Below, one piece after another: positions 58,959-64,000 of a DNA stretch of 64,000 nt; position 1 is the stretch's first letter, and each line of letters opens with the position of its first letter. A model generated the notes under the pieces. It did no database searches, was not told the DNA's origin, and worked only from the letters and a program-made list of their open reading frames with translations. The stretch is from assembly GCA_045633565.1 (NCBI GenBank), contig JAZQYO010000024.1, positions 1,395-65,394 on the forward strand, written 5' to 3'. The translations under genes were made by a program, and so were the position numbers. Origin of the DNA: Clostridia bacterium (GTDB lineage: Bacteria > Bacillota > Clostridia > RUG12999).

Positions 58959-59717
58959 TTATTTTTTAGACAATCTTGCATCTGCAATTCCGACAACAGA
59001 AGAATCATTAGAATCCCTATATAGATTAGGAATTTCAACATGTATTTTTAAAATCTTATAGTTTGATACATTAATATCAAATTTGGTCGCTTTTGTTCCA
59101 AAGCTTATAATGGGAGAAGTATAAATAAGCTGACCATCTCCGTAAATCTTAGCAATTATACTTTGGTCATCTTTATGGTCACATAAAGAAATCAAATTTC
59201 CAGAAAATGTTTTGTAGTTGTTGTTTAATAAGTATTCTACCGTTTGATAAGAGCGTATACTTCCGTCATTGTTTTCTTCATACTCACCAGTTCTAAGCAC
59301 AAATTGGAGTCCTCTGTCATATTTTATTCCGCTGCTATCCATAGTTCCTTCTGGAATAGAACGTAATGTGCTATTTGACGCAGTCGTCTTATAATCGACA
59401 TATCCCATTTGATCTAACCAATCATAATTCTTACTACCCAAGGTCACCGTGCTTGTCTGTGCTTCCCAATCAACATCCTTATCAAATGCATTTGCAATTG
59501 CTCTTACAGGCAGATATGTAGTGCCATTATAGATAAATGGCTCGACCTCATTTCCGTTTGCATCAGTTGGTTGATACTCTTTACCATCAATCAAAATTTT
59601 AATGTTATTATAAATAACATCAATTGTTTCTGATACTTGTTTGCCAAACACCATACCGCCTGTCAATGTTGTGCCAATCAGCACACCTGCAATCAATCCT
59701 TGTAATCTTTTTTTCAT
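58959..59717 (-). CDS. secreted protein with copper-amine-oxidase-like N-terminal domain and uncharacterised C-terminal domain
   Basis: Start at MKKRLQGLIAGVLIGTTLTGGMVFG (GGAGGT RBS 8 nt upstream). TYLPVRAIANAF CuAO-N-like motif. The track start is 45 nt further upstream. Confidence 0.6.
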   Translation of the reverse strand: MKKRLQGLIAGVLIGTTLTGGMVFGKQVSETIDVIYNNIKILIDGKEYQPTDANGNEVEPFIYNGTTYLPVRAIANAFDKDVDWEAQTSTVTLGSKNYDWLDQMGYVDYKTTASNSTLRSIPEGTMDSSGIKYDRGLQFVLRTGEYEENNDGSIRSYQTVEYLLNNNYKTFSGNLISLCDHKDDQSIIAKIYGDGQLIYTSPIISFGTKATKFDINVSNYKILKIHVEIPNLYRDSNDSSVVGIADARLSKK

Positions 59718-59838
59718 TTTTATATACCTCCTAATACGCCAAAAAGGCTTTTTATAGCCCATATTGTATCATATATAGCCTACCTTGTCAATACTAATAG
59801 ACTATAATTAGTCTATAAAATCATAAGAGGTAATGATT

Positions 59839-60081
59839 ATGGATACTTATACAACAGTTAAAAACAGGATTCTATATTTATGCCATGAAAAAAGAATTAC
59901 AATAAACAAACTTGCCACCGAATCAGGTGTTGCTCCGTCAACAATTAAAAATATTTTATATGGAAAAAGTAAAAACCCGGGTATTGTTACTTTAAAAATG
60001 CTTTGCGACGGAATGGGAATATCGTTATTAGAATTTTTCAATACCGATGAATTCAAAAATCTCGAACAGGAAATACAATAG
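59839..60081 (+). CDS. XRE family HTH transcriptional regulator
   Basis: HTH INKLATESGVAPSTIKNILYG. Start at the second ATG, which has better AAGAGG spacing. Confidence 0.7.
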   Translation: MDTYTTVKNRILYLCHEKRITINKLATESGVAPSTIKNILYGKSKNPGIVTLKMLCDGMGISLLEFFNTDEFKNLEQEIQ

Positions 60082-60096
60082 ATTATATACCAAAGC

Positions 60097-60126
60097 AAAA
60101 GGCATCGCCAAGCGATGCCTTTTTTA
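60097..60126. terminator. bidirectional intrinsic terminator between the XRE gene and capA-like gene
   Basis: aaaaggcatcgc-caag-gcgatgcctttttt. Overlaps the CapA-family stop codon. Confidence 0.8.
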
Positions 60127-61263
60127 TTTTTTGTATTCCTCCGGCAAAAACTCCGGTGGAATTGTGTCATACACATACTGATAAAGAGTATCATAATTAA
60201 ATCTGTTACCGAAAAATGTTTGTACGGCATGTCTTTCGGCAAGGTTTGGTGTATAATCTTTCAAATAGTAAACTGTGTTGCTCATGAGGTTTTTATTATA
60301 GTGGAACACTGTCGGCTCAAACACAATATTTTCAAGTTGTGGTTTTCCGTCGTCCACCTGAACAATATCAAAGCCAATCATACCACCCACCATATTATAC
60401 TGATAAGCCTGCTCTGCGGCAAAGTTGCCGAGTGAGTAAACGCAAAGGGTTTTATTGCCTCCCGCACCCGTCAGCCACTCTATGGGCTGAATAACGTGCG
60501 GATGATGGCCGATGATTGCGTCCGCACCGGCATCCGCTATAAGCTGTGCAACTCTCTTTTGCTCATCAGAATACATCATCTGGTCTTCGTTCCCCCAGTG
60601 GATGGACACCATGATAAAATCAGAAACTGCTTTTGCTGCTTCAATCTGACTTTTTATAACCTCATCCTCTATGTATGGGATAACAAGGGGCGATGCAGGA
60701 TTTTTTGTAATCCCGTTTGTGCCATAGGTGTAAGATAAAAAGGCAATTTTTATGCCCTTTTTGTCCATAACCCTTATATTATTATAATCATCCTCGTTTT
60801 CATATCCGCCAATCATAAGAACATTCTGATTTTTCCAGAACTTTATAGTCTCCGCAAGTCCGTCTGAGCCCTTGTCGAGCATGTGATTGTTTGCAATTCC
60901 AACAACATCAAAGCCAAGTTCAACAAGGTCATATCCCAAATCCTGCGGACTGTTAAAGCAGGGATAAAAGCTTATTTCATACTCTTCGCCGCACATGAGC
61001 GTTTCCTGATTGATAAATGCAATGTCCGCATCAGCAATCCGAGGTTCAACATTTTCAAACATGGGTTTGAAGTTGTACTGTCTGTCGCCCTCTACCGCAT
61101 CATACTGGGCATCACGGATGTTACCGATATATATAATATTGTCACCGCATCCAACAAAGCTTACCCTTTCGGTTTTCGGTTCTGCCACAACCGGTGCGAC
61201 TTCCCTTTCACCGCAGGATGTGAGCATTAGTGCAATAACAGCTATTAAAAGAATCTTCTTCAT
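60124..61263 (-). CDS. CapA family (poly-gamma-glutamate synthesis / calcineurin-like metallophosphatase) lipoprotein
   Basis: 379 aa. Lipobox MLTSCG, metallophosphoesterase motifs (GHHPHV, GNHM-like). Confidence 0.8.
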   Translation of the reverse strand: MKKILLIAVIALMLTSCGEREVAPVVAEPKTERVSFVGCGDNIIYIGNIRDAQYDAVEGDRQYNFKPMFENVEPRIADADIAFINQETLMCGEEYEISFYPCFNSPQDLGYDLVELGFDVVGIANNHMLDKGSDGLAETIKFWKNQNVLMIGGYENEDDYNNIRVMDKKGIKIAFLSYTYGTNGITKNPASPLVIPYIEDEVIKSQIEAAKAVSDFIMVSIHWGNEDQMMYSDEQKRVAQLIADAGADAIIGHHPHVIQPIEWLTGAGGNKTLCVYSLGNFAAEQAYQYNMVGGMIGFDIVQVDDGKPQLENIVFEPTVFHYNKNLMSNTVYYLKDYTPNLAERHAVQTFFGNRFNYDTLYQYVYDTIPPEFLPEEYKK

Positions 61264-61324
61264 ATTTTCACCCTCTTTACCCTCATTTTATAATTAGGTT
61301 ACAGAAAAGATGCACCTTGTTTTT

Positions 61325-61547
61325 AATGAATAATTAATAATGAATTATGAATAATTGTGGTTGAAAATCACAAAGTGATTTTCTTTTTATTTAATTCAAA
61401 TGCGGAGCATTTGTTCCTTAATTCTTCATTATTCATTTTTCACTATTCATTGAGTTCATTTTGATGAACTCATTTTATCACATTTTATTAAATATATCAA
61501 CTTTTTTATATAAACCCATTGACTTTAGCGCTTTAAAGTGTTATACT
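61325..61547. promoter_or_regulatory. repeat-rich divergent control region upstream of yerC-hisZGD
   Basis: ATGAAT direct repeats at about 61326, 61340 and 61347. 9-bp-arm palindrome GAAAATCAC-AAA-GTGATTTTC (about 61363–61383). ATTCAT inverted repeats at about 61425–61450. 8-bp-arm palindrome GAGTTCAT-TTTG-ATGAACTC (about 61452–61471). Promoter TTGACT-17-TATACT (61519–61547). Confidence 0.45.
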
Positions 61548-61580
61548 GTTAAAGTATTAAAGTGAAATGGAGTAAAAGGT

Positions 61581-61865
61581 ATGATATTTCAGACTAAAGA
61601 AACAAACGAATTGTTCGGCGCCATCCTTTCAATCGAAGGTCTTGATGAGTGCGGTAAATTTTTCGAGGATATCTGTACTGTTAAAGAGTTGCAGGACCTG
61701 TCCCAGAGATTTCAGGTGGCTAAGCTTTTAAAACTTGGCAAAAGCTATCAGGAAATTTCAAAAGAAACGGGAGCGAGTACTGCAACAATCAGCAGAGTTA
61801 ACCGTGCGCTTGTTTACGGTAGCGGTGGCTATAAATCGGTTCTTGGCAGGCTGGAGGACAAATAA
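61581..61865 (+). CDS. yerC: YerC/YecD family TrpR-like DNA-binding protein
   Basis: 94 aa. ELQDLSQRFQVAKLL..G.SYQEISKETGASTATISRVNRAL matches the YerC/YecD (Trp-repressor fold) signature. Confidence 0.75.
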   Translation: MIFQTKETNELFGAILSIEGLDECGKFFEDICTVKELQDLSQRFQVAKLLKLGKSYQEISKETGASTATISRVNRALVYGSGGYKSVLGRLEDK

Positions 61866-62966
61866 ATGAATACTGAGCTTTTTAAAAATGACGAAAAGGC
61901 TGTTTTTCAGCTTAGAAGTCTATACCGGAAATACGGTTACACTCAATATAAAATGAGTAAGTTTGAGGAGTATGATTTATATGTTCGTAACAAGGATTTT
62001 CTTGTTTCGGACAACGTAATCACCTTCACAGACACCAATGGTAAACTTATGGCTTTAAAGCCGGATGTTACTCTTTCAATTATAAAAAATACTGAGGATG
62101 TTCCCGGAACAGTTAATAAAGTGTATTATAACGAAAACGTTTACAGGGTTTCGGGAGGTACTCAGGCATTTAAAGAGATTATGCAGACAGGTCTTGAGTG
62201 CATCGGCGATATTGACGATTACTGCATTTGCGAGGTTTTAACTCTTGCTGCCGAAAGTCTTAAAAATATTTCGGAAGATTTTGTTCTTGATATTTCTCAC
62301 CTTGGAGTTTTATCCTCGGTGATAGATTCACTCGGAGTTTCATCAGACGCTGCGAAAAAACTCACTCAGGCAGTGGGTGAAAAAAACATCCATGCAATCG
62401 GCGCAATTTGCGATGCAGAAGGAGTAAATTCCGATACTTTGAAAAAGCTTGTGTCTACCTATGGCACTCTTGAAAAGGTTGCTCCCGTGCTTGATGAGCT
62501 TTCCTGCACCAGGGAGACAGACCGACTTAAAAATATTGTTTCGGTGCTTGAACAAAACGGATTTAAAGGCAAAGTCCGGATTGACTTTTCTGTTATAAAC
62601 GACATGGGTTATTATAACGGTTTTGTGTTCAAAGGCTTTATTAACGGCGTTGCTTCGGGTATCCTGTCGGGCGGTCAGTATGACAAGCTGATGCGCAAAA
62701 TGGGCAGAAAATCAGGTGCTATCGGTTTCGCAGTATATCTTGACCTTTTGGAAAGACTTTCGCCGGCTTCAAAGGATTTTGATGTGGATATCGTGATGCT
62801 TTATGACGAAAGTCTTGGTATAGATACTGTAAAAAAATCCATAAACGCTTTAACTTCTGAAGGATATACCGTTATGGCACAAAAACAGATTCCCGCAAAA
62901 ATAAGGTACAGAAAACTTGTTAAAATAACAGAGGAAGGGGTTGAAACGCTTGAAAACAATGCTTAA
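61866..62966 (+). CDS. hisZ: ATP phosphoribosyltransferase regulatory subunit
   Basis: 366 aa. Class II aaRS-like HisZ. Start abuts the yerC stop. Confidence 0.9.
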   Translation: MNTELFKNDEKAVFQLRSLYRKYGYTQYKMSKFEEYDLYVRNKDFLVSDNVITFTDTNGKLMALKPDVTLSIIKNTEDVPGTVNKVYYNENVYRVSGGTQAFKEIMQTGLECIGDIDDYCICEVLTLAAESLKNISEDFVLDISHLGVLSSVIDSLGVSSDAAKKLTQAVGEKNIHAIGAICDAEGVNSDTLKKLVSTYGTLEKVAPVLDELSCTRETDRLKNIVSVLEQNGFKGKVRIDFSVINDMGYYNGFVFKGFINGVASGILSGGQYDKLMRKMGRKSGAIGFAVYLDLLERLSPASKDFDVDIVMLYDESLGIDTVKKSINALTSEGYTVMAQKQIPAKIRYRKLVKITEEGVETLENNA

Positions 62967-63579
62967 TGTTGCCCTTCCCAAAGGCAGGCTGGGCGAAAAG
63001 GTTTATTCAATGTTTGAGAGTGCAGGCTTTGAGTGCCCCTCCATTTTGGAAAAAGGCAGAAAGCTTATATTTGAAAACGAGCAAAAAGGTGTTCGCTATT
63101 TCTGGGTTAAACCCTCCGACGTTGCAATTTACGTTGAAAGAGGTGCTGCCGATATTGGCGTTGCCGGCAAAGATATTCTTCTTGAATATTCTCCCGACGT
63201 CTACGAGCTTTTAGACCTTAATATCGGCAAATGCTCTATGGCTGTTGCCGCAAAAAAGGATTTCCGTGACGACCCGTCAAAAACACTGCGTGTTGCCACA
63301 AAATTTTCAAACATTGCAAGAAACTACTATGAATCTTTAGGCAGAGATATTGATATAATTCACCTTAACGGCTCGATTGAAATTGCGCCTATTTTGGGGC
63401 TTTCCGACGTCATTGTGGATATTGTAGAAACAGGTACGACGTTGAAGGAAAACGATTTGGAAGTGGTGGAAACCATTTTCCCTATCAGCGCAAGATTGAT
63501 TGCCAATAAAGCGAGCTTTAAATTCAAGACGGCAGAAATTGAAGATTTGGCGAAAAAGGTCAAGGATTTGATTGGCTAA
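62959..63579 (+). CDS. hisG: ATP phosphoribosyltransferase, short form
   Basis: MLNVALPKGRLGEKV start at ATG 62959, overlapping the hisZ end by 8 nt. The track begins at an upstream TTG. Confidence 0.9.
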   Translation: MLNVALPKGRLGEKVYSMFESAGFECPSILEKGRKLIFENEQKGVRYFWVKPSDVAIYVERGAADIGVAGKDILLEYSPDVYELLDLNIGKCSMAVAAKKDFRDDPSKTLRVATKFSNIARNYYESLGRDIDIIHLNGSIEIAPILGLSDVIVDIVETGTTLKENDLEVVETIFPISARLIANKASFKFKTAEIEDLAKKVKDLIG

Positions 63580-63594
63580 TATAGGTGAGAGAAT

Positions 63595-64000
63595 ATGATT
63601 AAGATATATAAATGCGGCGAAGTGTCGCCCGAAGAAATTTTCGCAAGAGTCAACCCCACGACAAACGTGGAGGGTGTTGTTGCGGAAATTATTGCCAACG
63701 TAATCCAAAACAAAGACGCCGCTTTAAAAGCGTACGCCGAGAAATTTGACGGCGTGCAGTTGGATTGTTTGGAAGTAAGCCAAACAGAAATTGACGAAGC
63801 CTATGCAAAGGCGGATAAAGCATTTGTTGCCGTAGTGGAAGAAGCGGCGAAAAATATTCGTGAATTCCACTCTAAACAAGTCCGCGAAGGTTTTACTTTA
63901 CAGCAGGAAAACGGCGTTGTAATCGGTCAAAAAGTAACGCCTATCGAAAAGGTAGGGTTGTACGTTCCCGGTGGTACGGCGGCATATCCTTCAACGGTGC
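63595..64000 (+). CDS. hisD: histidinol dehydrogenase (5' part; continues beyond the window)
   Basis: Hand translation gives MIKIYKCGEVSPEEIFARVNPTTNVEGVVAEIIANVIQNKDAALKAYAEKFDGVQLD... This is the HisD N-terminus. RBS AGGTGAGAGAAT, then ATG. Confidence 0.85.
   Translation, partial: MIKIYKCGEVSPEEIFARVNPTTNVEGVVAEIIANVIQNKDAALKAYAEKFDGVQLDCLEVSQTEIDEAYAKADKAFVAVVEEAAKNIREFHSKQVREGFTLQQENGVVIGQKVTPIEKVGLYVPGGTAAYPSTV

Noticed and set aside
61264-61580. T-box riboswitch or his leader-peptide attenuator upstream of the his genes
   Set aside because: No specifier-loop/T-box consensus (AATTAGGGTGGNACCGCG) and no His-codon-rich mini-ORF. The region instead looks protein-operator-like.

Overview
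This window looks like chromosomal DNA from a low-GC, PFOR-dependent anaerobic Firmicute (Clostridia-like), about 90% coding and mostly housekeeping.

Coding content, in order:
- Start to 16 kb: murC, a cell-wall amidase, trmL, recJ, a long relA/spoT, an endonuclease-IV-like TIM-barrel protein, an M24 peptidase, efp, a clpE-type ATPase, htrA and a pfkB-family 1-phosphofructokinase (fruK-like).
- 16–36 kb: a phosphoribosyltransferase, PFOR (nifJ), yraN, eda, kdgK, recD2, comFC, tsaE, tsaB, rpiB, a topoisomerase IV-like parE/parC pair, rsmA and a GTP-dependent PEP carboxykinase.
- 36–39 kb: an fnlA/fnlB (capE/capF) sugar-nucleotide pair and a patatin-like phospholipase.
- 39–46.6 kb: an accessory-looking block with an MBL hydrolase, a Dabb protein, a LacI regulator, an MFS transporter, a phosphotriesterase-family protein, an AraC regulator and an ABC exporter.
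- 47.1–47.3 kb: tRNA-Gln(CTG) and tRNA-Ser(GGA) on the minus strand.
- 47.5 kb to end: aspartate aminotransferase, a small alarmone synthetase, class II aldolase, DtxR-feoA-feoB plus a Cys-rich mini-protein, a Ca-type P-ATPase, cls, a secreted domain protein, an XRE regulator, a CapA-family protein, and yerC-hisZ-hisG-hisD.

No rRNA, CRISPR array, integrase or transposase gene is recognisable.

Main non-routine observations:
1. Two paralogous modules (about 16.2–16.7 kb and 21.26–21.70 kb) with near-identical operator-like palindrome plus sigma-A promoter. Each is followed by a leader whose long-range helix co-varies between copies, a conserved GGAGCUAUGCGUUUU box, an intrinsic terminator overlapped by a short MRF-CV uORF, and a small paralogous helical protein (MDKY[KQ]EMYY[IV]LFNAITEA...). 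This looks like an undescribed attenuator or sRNA coupled to a small-protein family.
2. A roughly 53-nt repeat with three perfectly conserved blocks, present in opposite orientations in the 3' regions of PFOR and PEPCK.
3. A tRNA-Gln 3'-end direct duplication (39 bp) plus a stray tRNA 3' fragment. This resembles an att-site scar and sits next to item 4.
4. A 180-bp symmetric array of eight RTGAAATA boxes at about 24-bp phasing, interleaved with GNRA-like mini-hairpins.
5. Small Cys-rich proteins missing from the ORF track, an unusual acidic CxxC protein after efp, and a repeat-rich operator region in front of a TrpR-like yerC-his operon.

Coordinates of sub-60-aa ORFs and motifs are hand-derived and may be off by 1–2 nt.
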